From: Promethearchaeota archaeon
Lineage (GTDB): Archaea; Asgardarchaeota; Thorarchaeia; Thorarchaeales; Thorarchaeaceae
Direction: 5' to 3'
DNA: 15,027 nt
NCBI GenBank assembly: GCA_014728035.1
Contig: WJMJ01000012.1
Location: 1 to 15,027, forward strand
The notes under the pieces are model-generated. The model was given only the letters and a program-made list of their open reading frames with translations. It ran no database searches and had not been told where the DNA came from. The position numbers were made by a program, and so were the translations under genes. Below are positions 1 through 8,822 of this stretch, one piece after another; the first letter of the stretch is position 1, and each line of letters starts with the position of its first letter.

Positions 1-153
1 AGTAGCCATGTCATCAAAATAGTTTGCAATATATTCAGCAGTTCGTGCCTCATTCTTTGAACCAGCAACCCGAGGAGCAAATGAACATAGTGTTTCTAAA
101 TTTTCCAACATAACCTGTTTGGATTCTTTCGATTTTGTGCTATCCAAAACCAT
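1..153 (-). CDS. 5' part of a probable M28-family (M20/M28 clan) metallopeptidase, truncated by the window edge
   Basis: Not in the ORF track; translated by hand from ATG at 153: MVLDSTKSKESKQVMLENLETLCSFAPRVAGSKNEARTAEYIANYFDDMAT..., open to position 1. The L..L.sf.pR.aGS..E...aeYI pattern is typical of M28 peptidase N-termini. AGAGGG lies directly upstream; an alternative ATG is at 111. Confidence 0.65.
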   Translation of the reverse strand, partial: MVLDSTKSKESKQVMLENLETLCSFAPRVAGSKNEARTAEYIANYFDDMAT

Positions 154-254
154 CCCTCTATAAGTTCGGTGTGGGATAACAGAATTTGAACCTATTGACC
201 AAAGCCAAGATAGAAACTGACTAAGTCTCTAATTTGAGACGTATGTTACTCGCT

Positions 255-686
255 TCACATAGATTTCCAAGGTTCGGTCCATGGAACATAGAATCGAGTT
301 ATGTGTTTTGTACCAAGAATCTCAGAGATGGAGAACAAGTAATCAGTCAGCATCTCAATCTCATTGTTCAAATCATCAGTTAGAAGGATTATGGAGTGGA
401 TTGGCGCTCCCTTCATCTTGCAACGAGAGATAATCTCGATAGTCTTGAGTACGGTCTCTGCATCCAATTTTGGAACAATCAAGCGGGTCTCAGACTCAAA
501 GGTGAAATCAGCATCGTCTTCCAATATATGCGCGAGAGAGTGTAGATCAGAGAATTCAATAAAATCTGCAATACTTGATTCGGACTGTTTCTTTTCAACT
601 TGATATTTTCCAAGCCTTCTTTGAAATTCTTTATAGAGCTCGTATGGTTCCCAATCATCCGAATTTTTTCTTTCAGTTTCTTTCAT
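255..686 (-). CDS. Hypothetical protein, 143 aa, acidic, probable small alpha/beta domain
   Basis: GAGGT RBS about 7 nt before the ATG, TATA-like TTATAAATA upstream, co-oriented with its neighbours, protein-like composition. No family recognised. Confidence 0.7.
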   Translation of the reverse strand: MKETERKNSDDWEPYELYKEFQRRLGKYQVEKKQSESSIADFIEFSDLHSLAHILEDDADFTFESETRLIVPKLDAETVLKTIEIISRCKMKGAPIHSIILLTDDLNNEIEMLTDYLFSISEILGTKHITRFYVPWTEPWKSM

Positions 687-744
687 TATTTAACCTCATC
701 CACATCAATATTTTTTCGAATACAAGCTTAGATTTCAAATTAGG

Positions 745-753
745 TATTTATAA
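745..753 (-). promoter_or_regulatory. Candidate archaeal TATA box (TTATAAATA) for the 143-aa ORF
   Basis: Strong TATA-like motif in the 84-bp AT-rich intergenic gap, about 58 nt upstream of the start at 686. Confidence 0.45.
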
Positions 754-770
754 CTAATATCTATTCTAAA

Positions 771-1805
771 TCAATTGTTTATATCTCGTTTCCCAACCCA
801 ACATGATATTATACCATTCATCCCAGAATTAGTGAAAAATGATGCATTTTTATGATCTGCAGAGACCTGGTCTCTACTGTCCTGTCGAATCAAATCATGG
901 TGATGTAATACTTGAACCTGTCTACATATCACATCAAAAGGTCGTTTCAGTTTAGAAACTAATTCCTGTATCTCTATTTTAGTTGGATGATTTCGGATAG
1001 TTTGAAGTATTCTCATTTCTAGAGAAGTCCGATGAGAACTGTAAACCATTAGACCATTTCTCAGTACTATTAGTTCACCTGATTCAAAGCTTTTCCATAC
1101 TTCCTTCGTCAATGGTTTCGTTGCTATGACATAACCATGTTGATTTGTGTCTTTTTCTTCATCCAAATTAACCTTCCAATCGTCATCCACCAATTCCACA
1201 TGTCCAAAAGGAGCTATTCTCTCTACAAAATCGAGTCCTTTGTATTTATCTCGGTCATGATAACAAAACAAATATTCACCATTCGAAAAAATGCAATTGA
1301 AATTGCCTCTCTCATTTATCGCTTTCAATATGGAATGGATACAATCAAAATGTTCTCTTTTTTGAATTGACCCAATCTTATCTTTGTATTCGGACAATAA
1401 ATGACAGAAACTATGTTCTGAATCAGTATCGCCAATTGGTGTAAAATACTGTGATGACAATGAATCGTGATTTCTTAATGTGCCATTATGAGCAAATACA
1501 AATTGTTTCCCATCAAGCTCTCGGGTGAAAGGATGAGTGTTTTTGAAGCATCCTTTATTTCCCACGCTCGCTTTCCGAACGTGACCAATGAAAATTTTCC
1601 CTCTGATTTCTGAATACTTGCTGACAAATGTCGCAAGCTTACTCTGAGTAGAAGTAATTGGTTCTTTGATAATAATGGCTGATTCGTCGGGATAATAAGC
1701 TAACCCCCAGCCATCAGGGTTACAAGAGCCCCTCTTCTGAAATCCTCTAAAGGTTATTTGTAAACTTGTTTCCATCCCAAAATTTAATGCGAGTAATTCA
1801 CACAC
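771..1805 (-). CDS. Class II glutamine amidotransferase (YafJ/EgtC/Dug3-like Ntn hydrolase) with a C-terminal winged-helix-like extension
   Basis: GTG start with GAGGG RBS. Cys2 N-terminal nucleophile (MCELL) and family motifs NPDGWG, HVRKAS, NTHPF, FAHNG, GDTDSE and IATKPLT...W. About 85 extra residues follow the usual end of the domain near residue 257. Confidence 0.9.
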   Translation of the reverse strand: MCELLALNFGMETSLQITFRGFQKRGSCNPDGWGLAYYPDESAIIIKEPITSTQSKLATFVSKYSEIRGKIFIGHVRKASVGNKGCFKNTHPFTRELDGKQFVFAHNGTLRNHDSLSSQYFTPIGDTDSEHSFCHLLSEYKDKIGSIQKREHFDCIHSILKAINERGNFNCIFSNGEYLFCYHDRDKYKGLDFVERIAPFGHVELVDDDWKVNLDEEKDTNQHGYVIATKPLTKEVWKSFESGELIVLRNGLMVYSSHRTSLEMRILQTIRNHPTKIEIQELVSKLKRPFDVICRQVQVLHHHDLIRQDSRDQVSADHKNASFFTNSGMNGIISCWVGKRDINN

Positions 1806-1926
1806 GATTATTCCCTCAATTTGTGCTCAACAACTTTCTAATATGCTATTTCTACTACCTATTACTAATAAGTGCTCTCAGTCCGCAGTAGCAATTTACA
1901 ATAATTGGAAAAAACATGAATTATTG

Positions 1927-4731
1927 TTAATCAATAGTAGAGGCAAACATCCCTTCATCTTTCCTCACATGAATGACTTTTTGCGCGACTCGTTCGAATT
2001 CGTCATCATGAGTAACAATCAGAATTTGTCTGGCGGGAGTAATTCTATTCAGGGTTTCAACAAGTTCTGCGCGACGCTGGTCATCAAGATAGGCAGTAGG
2101 TTCGTCCAATAATAACAGATCACTGGTTGCAAGAGCTCGAGCAAATCCTAGTCGTACAGATAGTCCTGCAATAACCTGTTCACCCCCAGATAGAGTGCTC
2201 ATTGATTCAAATGATCCAGAACGTGAGATTTTCAGTTCATGATCAGGGGTTATTCGAATCCTATCAAACTCATTGGAGGCAATAATCTCTTTGAAAATCT
2301 CTGAAGCATTCTGAGATGCTTTTCTAATCCCACGCCTCCGCAATGGTTTTTGGACTTCACGGTAGTATGACCGAAGAATTCCGACTACCTTCAGAGCTTT
2401 TTGTGCTTTAATTGCTTTTTCACCAACCTGCTGGAGCTTCTCTTTCGCGTCTTTTGAATCGGCGAAAAGATTTTTTGCCAGAGGAATCTGTTCTTCAGAA
2501 AGTGTTTCGATTCTTGTTCTCAACGAGCTAATTCGGTCTTTGTATTCATCGATATCTTCACGTAACTCATCATATTTCTTCGAATCAAAAGTATCTTGCA
2601 TTTCCGTTAATTCTGATTTCCTCTTTCTCAAAGTTTCAGTGGAGGATTCTAGTTTTTCAAGTTCCGATTGAAGTGAATCAATGTATGTGGATATTTTCCG
2701 CCATATTTCCAATTGGTTTTCAAGATTAGATATTTTTTCTGACAGTTCCTCCATCTGTTCATGAGGATTTTGTTCATTCAGTTCAGATACATCATCTTCT
2801 ATTTTTTCGATTGAAGTTTTTTTATCATCAAGAGAAGCAAGCAATGATGGAATCTGTTCCGATTTGCTTTTGCATTCAAGTAGATTATCAATTCGTGTTT
2901 CTAAACCATCAAGCTTCTGTTGTAAAGTGGTAACATCAAATTCCGAAAGTTTGTCTTTCAGTTCTTTGATTTTTTCTTGGGTGGATTTTTGTTTCTCTTT
3001 TTCACTGGATATTTTTTTACTCCAGGATTCTGCGTTGTCAAGAAGATCACGAGCACGTTTGACGTGTTCTTGTTTTGTTACATGGTTTTCCTTTTCTTCC
3101 TTCAAACTAGTGAGCTGGATACTAATCTCTGATAGACTTGTTTTAGATTCATCAAGCTCCTTCTCGTATTGAGAAATTTCGTTTTCAAGTTCGCCCCGTA
3201 ATTTCGAAGAGTGTTTCTCATCCACGATTTGCTTACATTTGGGACATTTTTTACCATCCAATTTTGAGAGTTCGGATAAATCAGTTTCCTTAACTTCAAT
3301 TTTTGTTTCTAATTGAGCTATGAGTTTAGAATGCTCACTTTGTTCAGTTTCAAGATTGTCTATTTTTGTATCTAATCCCCGTATCTTTGCACTTACTTTT
3401 CTCAAGTCTTCCTCTGCTAATTCTCTCCAATCCTCTCCAATCTCTTCGGTTGCCTTCGAGGAAATAATTTCAACTTCAGACTTGATGTCTTGAATGTTGT
3501 TCAAAATCTCATCTAGTTTTTCTTTTTGGGTTGTTAGGGATGAGTCTAGTTCTCTTGCAGACTCCAAATTCTTTTCCATTCCCTCCTTTTCACTCTTCAA
3601 TGATTCAATTTCATCGATTATTAATGATTGCCAGTTTACCGGATCCGAATCTTCTAAAGCTGGAAGTTCTGAAACTATTTTCTCTTTTACTTCTTCAAGT
3701 GTTGCTTTGTATTTTTCAAACTCTTTCTTCTCTTTGGGTAATTGGATAAGCTGCATATCCAACCTCGAGGACATTTCAGTGTACTTTTGTTTCGCAGTTC
3801 TGGAATCTTCTAATACTCGCTTCAGTTCATTAATTCGATCTTCGCATTTTTTCTTCAATTCTGAAGAAGTATCTATGTCAAACGTTGTAGGTAATTCTAA
3901 ATCAATCTCATCAACTAAATTGGAGATATTAGTTTCCAATTCTTGTATGCTTTTAGTATATTCATCGATAGCTGTTTCGTTTTGTTCAATTATTGTTGTT
4001 ATATTAACTATCTTTTTCTTTATTTCATCTAGGGATGTAAACTTGCTTTCTGCTTCTTCTAGAAGTTTCTGAATGTCTTGTTTTTCATCCTTCTTATGTT
4101 TTAGATCTAACTCCAATTCCTTTAGTTTAGTTTCTCTCTCATCAAATTTTGAAGCAGGTTCTTGATATGCATCTGAAAGTTTTTCAGCTTCGGAAATTGT
4201 GGATTCTAAAGTTCTTTCAATCGATCTGCATCTTTTGTGAGCGGTTTCAAAATCATAGAGACCCAGTAGCTTGTCAAATAGTTCTTTTCTATCCTGATTA
4301 CCCATACTAATTATCTGAGCAATCTCACCCTGACCTACCCAAATAATATCTCTAAAGATATCCATGCTAATCCCTAATAGTTTTTCAATCTCACCAGTTG
4401 TTTTGGTCTGTTTTATGGCGAGCTCGGTATCTGTTGCAACCTGATAGAGACTGGCATCAGGACCAGAATTACTGATTTGTCGACTAACAATATATGGCTC
4501 ACCATTGTGTTCAAACTCGAGCTCAAATGATGCGGTATTTTCTCCAAGACGGATTAATTCATCATTAGTACCTAATGGATACTCTGCATACAAAGAATAC
4601 AAAATGGATTGGAATAAAGTACTCTTTCCAGAACCATTGCGTCCAACAATTACATTCTTGCCAATCGAGAATTCAACTTCACTCTCTTCAAAACACTTTA
4701 CGTGTTTCAATTTCAACTTCTTCAATATCAT
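1927..4731 (-). CDS. rad50: DNA double-strand break repair ATPase Rad50 (SMC/SbcC family)
   Basis: Walker A GRNGSGKS, Q-loop VGQGEI, long Glu/Lys-rich coiled coil with central zinc hook CPKC (residues 496-499), signature LSGG, Walker B/D-loop LLLDEPTAYLD, H-loop VTHD. ATGA overlap with mre11 at 4728-4731; GGAGG RBS. Confidence 0.96.
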   Translation of the reverse strand: MILKKLKLKHVKCFEESEVEFSIGKNVIVGRNGSGKSTLFQSILYSLYAEYPLGTNDELIRLGENTASFELEFEHNGEPYIVSRQISNSGPDASLYQVATDTELAIKQTKTTGEIEKLLGISMDIFRDIIWVGQGEIAQIISMGNQDRKELFDKLLGLYDFETAHKRCRSIERTLESTISEAEKLSDAYQEPASKFDERETKLKELELDLKHKKDEKQDIQKLLEEAESKFTSLDEIKKKIVNITTIIEQNETAIDEYTKSIQELETNISNLVDEIDLELPTTFDIDTSSELKKKCEDRINELKRVLEDSRTAKQKYTEMSSRLDMQLIQLPKEKKEFEKYKATLEEVKEKIVSELPALEDSDPVNWQSLIIDEIESLKSEKEGMEKNLESARELDSSLTTQKEKLDEILNNIQDIKSEVEIISSKATEEIGEDWRELAEEDLRKVSAKIRGLDTKIDNLETEQSEHSKLIAQLETKIEVKETDLSELSKLDGKKCPKCKQIVDEKHSSKLRGELENEISQYEKELDESKTSLSEISIQLTSLKEEKENHVTKQEHVKRARDLLDNAESWSKKISSEKEKQKSTQEKIKELKDKLSEFDVTTLQQKLDGLETRIDNLLECKSKSEQIPSLLASLDDKKTSIEKIEDDVSELNEQNPHEQMEELSEKISNLENQLEIWRKISTYIDSLQSELEKLESSTETLRKRKSELTEMQDTFDSKKYDELREDIDEYKDRISSLRTRIETLSEEQIPLAKNLFADSKDAKEKLQQVGEKAIKAQKALKVVGILRSYYREVQKPLRRRGIRKASQNASEIFKEIIASNEFDRIRITPDHELKISRSGSFESMSTLSGGEQVIAGLSVRLGFARALATSDLLLLDEPTAYLDDQRRAELVETLNRITPARQILIVTHDDEFERVAQKVIHVRKDEGMFASTID

Positions 4732-5945
4732 TTCGTGCCCTCCTCCAAGTCCTCATTGGATACTTTCTCAGTAAATTTGTACAATAGATCTAACTGAGTT
4801 GCCTCATTTCGTTCATCCTTTGATCCTATCAATAGCTCTTTCATACTCTTGGCTAATCCAACCCAATCGTCTACAGAAGACTCTGGAATGCCAAAACGTT
4901 CCTTGAAAACATCCTCCATGATTTCGGTATCTGTTATGTTTTCGCGTATTGGAAGTCCTGCATAATCAAGATCTGAATCGATAGAAATATGGAAAACATT
5001 GGTTGCATGAGAACTAATCTCTCCTACATTTAGAGTAGAAGGAGAATCAGAAAGAGTACCTGTCACGTCAATACGAACAATTGTGTCTTCTTTATCGAGT
5101 TCTTCAACGGTTTTTAATACTCCCGCCTTAACCTCATCAATAGTAGTTACACCAAAATCTAGTTTTTTTCGTATCTTCGGTCGAACACGATATTTTATCC
5201 TTTCAATTGACGGGTTCCATTTTGAAGATTCTTTTCTCAATGTGATAAGAGCGACTGATCTTTCAGGTTCGTCCCATTCAGCTGCTGATACATGTTCTGT
5301 TGAACCTGAAGAACAGATTGATTGAGAATCATTGATCCACCAGCCATGATAATGACCAATCGAAATGAAATCAAATCCTAACAAGTCTAAAGAATACTCG
5401 TTTAATTTTGCGGACTTGACAAGATTATCAAGAAACTCGTGCAGAATCAACACATTAGGAATATCATCATCGAATAGTTCTTTATTGGACTCCACAAGTT
5501 GGTTCAACTTTTTCATTGCTGTATTTCCATGATAGCCCATTCCCCAAATACGAACTATTTGTCCTGATGAAAGCTCACATTCTCTGTATTCATCCTCTAA
5601 TAAAGTGACGAGTTCAAGGTCTTCGAAAACATGCAACTCATTTCCACCTTGTCGTTCACTCCAAGCATAGGAAGCATCATGATTCCCACGGATAGCATAT
5701 ACTGGGATACCCCTTCTCTGAAACAAGGAGAATATCTTGATAGCGTGTCTTTGGTCGATAGGATAGGGCCTAGCCCGGTGAAAAATATCACCTGCAACAA
5801 CAACAAAGTCTACCTCGTTTTCAATCAATAATTCAGATGCATTCTTTGCTGCTCCATAGAAATCTGTAACCCTATCAAATTTCCCATATTGTCTGTAACC
5901 AAGATGCAAATCTGACATCTGACCAATTTTAATTTCATCTACCAT
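4728..5945 (-). CDS. mre11: DNA double-strand break repair nuclease Mre11 (calcineurin-like phosphoesterase)
   Basis: Motifs SDLHLG, AGDIF, GNHD, LHE and GHYH, then a capping domain and C-terminal helical Rad50-binding region. Start placed at ATG 5945 (TAATG overlap with the herA stop, GAGGT 7 nt upstream); the ATG at 5951 is the alternative. Confidence 0.95.
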   Translation of the reverse strand: MVDEIKIGQMSDLHLGYRQYGKFDRVTDFYGAAKNASELLIENEVDFVVVAGDIFHRARPYPIDQRHAIKIFSLFQRRGIPVYAIRGNHDASYAWSERQGGNELHVFEDLELVTLLEDEYRECELSSGQIVRIWGMGYHGNTAMKKLNQLVESNKELFDDDIPNVLILHEFLDNLVKSAKLNEYSLDLLGFDFISIGHYHGWWINDSQSICSSGSTEHVSAAEWDEPERSVALITLRKESSKWNPSIERIKYRVRPKIRKKLDFGVTTIDEVKAGVLKTVEELDKEDTIVRIDVTGTLSDSPSTLNVGEISSHATNVFHISIDSDLDYAGLPIRENITDTEIMEDVFKERFGIPESSVDDWVGLAKSMKELLIGSKDERNEATQLDLLYKFTEKVSNEDLEEGTK

Positions 5946-7531
5946 TACCATGACCTCGAATCAAAAGCTCCTTCATCATCATGCCGGGTTTTCCCCTTCT
6001 TCGTGCTACTAGAACTGCCTTTTTGCCAGATATCGACAACCTTGATATCTTCCCCACCAAGCTTACCAGGGTATTTGTCAATCTTAACGAGAGCTGGAAG
6101 ATTGATTGCTGGACCAAATATAACAGCCTCTCCAACGTTGAGCGTAGGTAATTCTTTCATCATTTCTTGAGAGAGTGCTTCGGCAGAATCTTGGATATTT
6201 CTTTGATCTTTAGGATTAACAATTCTCAGAACAATCATACTGTTGCACTGGGAGAGAACATCGGAATCGATTTTTCCTGGACGTTGAGAAACAACACAGA
6301 GACCAACCCCGAATTTTCTACCTTCCGAAGCGATTCTCCTCAGAATTCGCATTGAGGAAGCTTGACCGTTAGCTGGGATAAAATTGTGACATTCTTCAAT
6401 AACTATCAATACTGGACAAGGAATCTGATCCGTGGTTTGTATATCTCTGCGCGCTGCAATACCACCACTCAATATCTTCTTTGAAACATGTTTCACAACA
6501 GCTTGCTGGACCATCGTATCTAGACCTGCTAATGACAATATCGTCATCTGCCCCGGTGCTACAAGGCTTGGCTGGTCTTCACCAGCAAGGGGAACCTCTT
6601 TGTTCTTGTCAAGCATCATGAATTCTATTACTTCATTCATTCGGCTCATAATACCCTGAAATTGGTCCGACTCTGCATTATCATCTACATCTCGTAATGC
6701 ATTCTCAAGATCCTCCAATCCCCACTCTGTATCTTTTAGTTTGGCAAACGCATCTCTGAAAAGTTTCCGTTGTAGATTTGCTGTCTTGGGAATACGTAGC
6801 ATTGAAATGAAATCATTAGCAGAAAAGCTGTTGTATTTGAATCGTAATGGGTATATGTGCTTAGACAAGTCTTCGTTAACCGAAAAAGCTTTGACTTTAT
6901 CACCATAGTCTTCTCGCATTGGCAGATACTCACTATGTGGATCGATTACTACCACTGCACCACCCATCTCCAAAATCTGCGATGTTACTACAGCTACTGT
7001 GTTACCCTTTCCACCTCCTGTAATTGCTAAGATTGCAAGATGTCTACGAACTAATTCATTGACATCAATTTGAACACGAACATCAGGATTGGTTAGGAGA
7101 TTTCCTATTTCTATATGCCCTTCACCAAAAGCTCGTTTCAGAAGGTCGATAGGTGCTCTATAGACATCCGCACCAGGAGGTGGAGAAAACCGTGGAAATT
7201 CAAGTTCGTTAGCTGAATTTAGAAAACCAAGTACCTGAGCTTCTGCAGTAAGAATTTCACCTTCAGTAAGGTCTCCAATACGTTGCAAAGCTTCAAATTC
7301 TCTAGGACTAGTAAGAATAGAATCGGGCATATTCAGGTTCTTTAATCCAATCTCCATAACAGATACCAACACAGGTTCATCAAATGCCTCGCATTGATAG
7401 TCAATAATCAGATATTCTCCCAAGCGTAATGGAGCTGATCGAACGATTTTTGGATCTATACAAATCGTTACTTCAGTTGGTGTGGTTGTCCCGAGTAAGT
7501 TCCCAATTACTTCTTTCTTTGTCATAATCAT
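5945..7531 (-). CDS. herA: HerA bipolar DNA helicase/translocase (HAS barrel + FtsK/HerA ATPase)
   Basis: N-terminal HAS barrel (IG.LLG.TTP, LGEYL, PPPGADVY), RHLAILAITGGGKGNT P-loop, IDPHSEY, Walker B IEECHNF, EGRKFGVG...SQRP, SQCNS, L..GEAVI.G. Located between nurA and mre11. The start could be the second ATG at 7525. Confidence 0.95.
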   Translation of the reverse strand: MIMTKKEVIGNLLGTTTPTEVTICIDPKIVRSAPLRLGEYLIIDYQCEAFDEPVLVSVMEIGLKNLNMPDSILTSPREFEALQRIGDLTEGEILTAEAQVLGFLNSANELEFPRFSPPPGADVYRAPIDLLKRAFGEGHIEIGNLLTNPDVRVQIDVNELVRRHLAILAITGGGKGNTVAVVTSQILEMGGAVVVIDPHSEYLPMREDYGDKVKAFSVNEDLSKHIYPLRFKYNSFSANDFISMLRIPKTANLQRKLFRDAFAKLKDTEWGLEDLENALRDVDDNAESDQFQGIMSRMNEVIEFMMLDKNKEVPLAGEDQPSLVAPGQMTILSLAGLDTMVQQAVVKHVSKKILSGGIAARRDIQTTDQIPCPVLIVIEECHNFIPANGQASSMRILRRIASEGRKFGVGLCVVSQRPGKIDSDVLSQCNSMIVLRIVNPKDQRNIQDSAEALSQEMMKELPTLNVGEAVIFGPAINLPALVKIDKYPGKLGGEDIKVVDIWQKGSSSSTKKGKTRHDDEGAFDSRSW

Positions 7532-7537
7532 TCCTTC

Positions 7538-8593
7538 CTAACCAAACTTGCTCCGTCTTTGTGGTCCAAAGAGAAACGTTGCTATTTCCATGTCTTCCTT
7601 CGCAACTGAAGACATTACTAATTGTGATAACCCATCTGAGAGTCTATCTGGAATAGTAGCTCTATTGTGAACAACATGAGACGGTAGGAGGTAGCCATTT
7701 CCATCGTGCATCGCTACCAAGAACTTTCGAATATCATAGAGTTTTGATTGCTGGAATTCAGGAAAATCAACTCTGAATACTCGACTATATGGTTGCAGAA
7801 TTCCGAAAATGGATTGAAATCTACCTCGGTCACCAGTCAATAGGGAGCGCTTTTCTAGATATTTCTCCACACGAGAAATACGGAGATATTTTGCCTCCAT
7901 GGCCTCGGTGAAACCAGTATTACCTTTTGCTAATAGTGAGATAGCTGAACTATCAATGAAGTTCTTTCCGAGACCCCATTTTCGAGCTAAGAGCCTAGAT
8001 TTCGGATCTTTTGCAGCACCAATCAAAGGAATATCAAGTATTTTACATTGCTGAATTAGTGCATTGAATCGTTTCTTGAAATCAATAAATGCTCGAAAGA
8101 AATCATATTCAGATGATTCTTCTATTGGTTCTCCGGATTCAAAGAATTTCAATAATGAATGAGGTACTCCCATATTTGCATAAGTTGTTAGGCTATTATC
8201 CAATACTATGAAATCAGGTTTTTTCTCAATTAATTCCAAAACACATTCTACTTCGAGAATATCTCTATGAATACCAACAAAACGATCGATGTTTCTAGGT
8301 AGTGTTGTAAAACCAGTACTTGTCTTCTCGTGCCATTTGATTTTCTCACCAGATGAAAAGAATCCAGCTGCAGCTTTTACAATAAACCAACTACCCCCTA
8401 CAAAGTCAAAATGTGCATTGCCGCCATCTACCCATAATGAGGTAACATCTTTGTCAAGAGGACTTGAATCCGATAATGAAAATTTTATCGATTGTAATTT
8501 ATCTCCTTTACTCCTTATTTCTTCTAGAATAACGCTTGAGAAATTTCGCAGTGTGGATAACCAATGCTCTGATTTATCCTCTATATCTGGCAT
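7538..8593 (-). CDS. nurA: NurA 5'-3' nuclease (RNase H-like fold)
   Basis: VDGG (D56), E114, LDNSL (D132), AKDPKSR, FRVDF and GYLLP..VH match NurA motifs. GAGGT RBS; ends 6 nt before the herA start. Confidence 0.88.
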   Translation of the reverse strand: MPDIEDKSEHWLSTLRNFSSVILEEIRSKGDKLQSIKFSLSDSSPLDKDVTSLWVDGGNAHFDFVGGSWFIVKAAAGFFSSGEKIKWHEKTSTGFTTLPRNIDRFVGIHRDILEVECVLELIEKKPDFIVLDNSLTTYANMGVPHSLLKFFESGEPIEESSEYDFFRAFIDFKKRFNALIQQCKILDIPLIGAAKDPKSRLLARKWGLGKNFIDSSAISLLAKGNTGFTEAMEAKYLRISRVEKYLEKRSLLTGDRGRFQSIFGILQPYSRVFRVDFPEFQQSKLYDIRKFLVAMHDGNGYLLPSHVVHNRATIPDRLSDGLSQLVMSSVAKEDMEIATFLFGPQRRSKFG

Positions 8594-8822
8594 ATGTTTA
8601 CCTCGATGATGTTGAGAACGGTGTCCTGATGAAAATGAGAATACTGTAATAGAATCTCACTTTAGGATACGCTTGACTCAATACCCGCCTAACAAAGAAT
8701 ATTGTGAAGATGTGGCTTTTGTATATTTTGGTGAAATCTTTCGCAATAGATAAACAGAAATACTCGAAAAGTCCGAGAGTTGAATTAATATCTCCTTTTT
8801 GATGTAATTCAAGGGGGGAATT

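Noticed and set aside
364-1370. Plus-strand ORFs 364-603, 575-757 and 1137-1370
   Set aside because: Antisense to better supported minus-strand genes that have RBS and motif evidence.
2400-4250. Apparent repetitiveness in the rad50 middle region
   Set aside because: Explained by coiled-coil heptad composition; no exact nucleotide repeats or CRISPR-like periodicity were seen.
1843-4787. Plus-strand ORFs 1843-2112, 2864-3172, 3494-4072, 3531-3749, 4505-4774, 4575-4787 and minus-strand 3102-3299
   Set aside because: Shadows of rad50. The Ser/Phe-rich translations are what the reverse complement of Glu/Lys coiled-coil codons produces; the minus-strand one is an out-of-frame overlap.
8190-8205. 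NurA second acidic motif is LDNS rather than the usual DGS
   Set aside because: The catalytic Asp residues, Glu and C-terminal His are retained, and NurA is highly divergent, so this is not evidence of inactivation.
5945-8593. HerA + nuclease as an anti-phage defence system (Sir2-HerA or DUF4297-HerA type)
   Set aside because: The partner is a canonical NurA and the pair is coupled to mre11-rad50, which is the housekeeping resection cluster. No defence or mobile genes are nearby.
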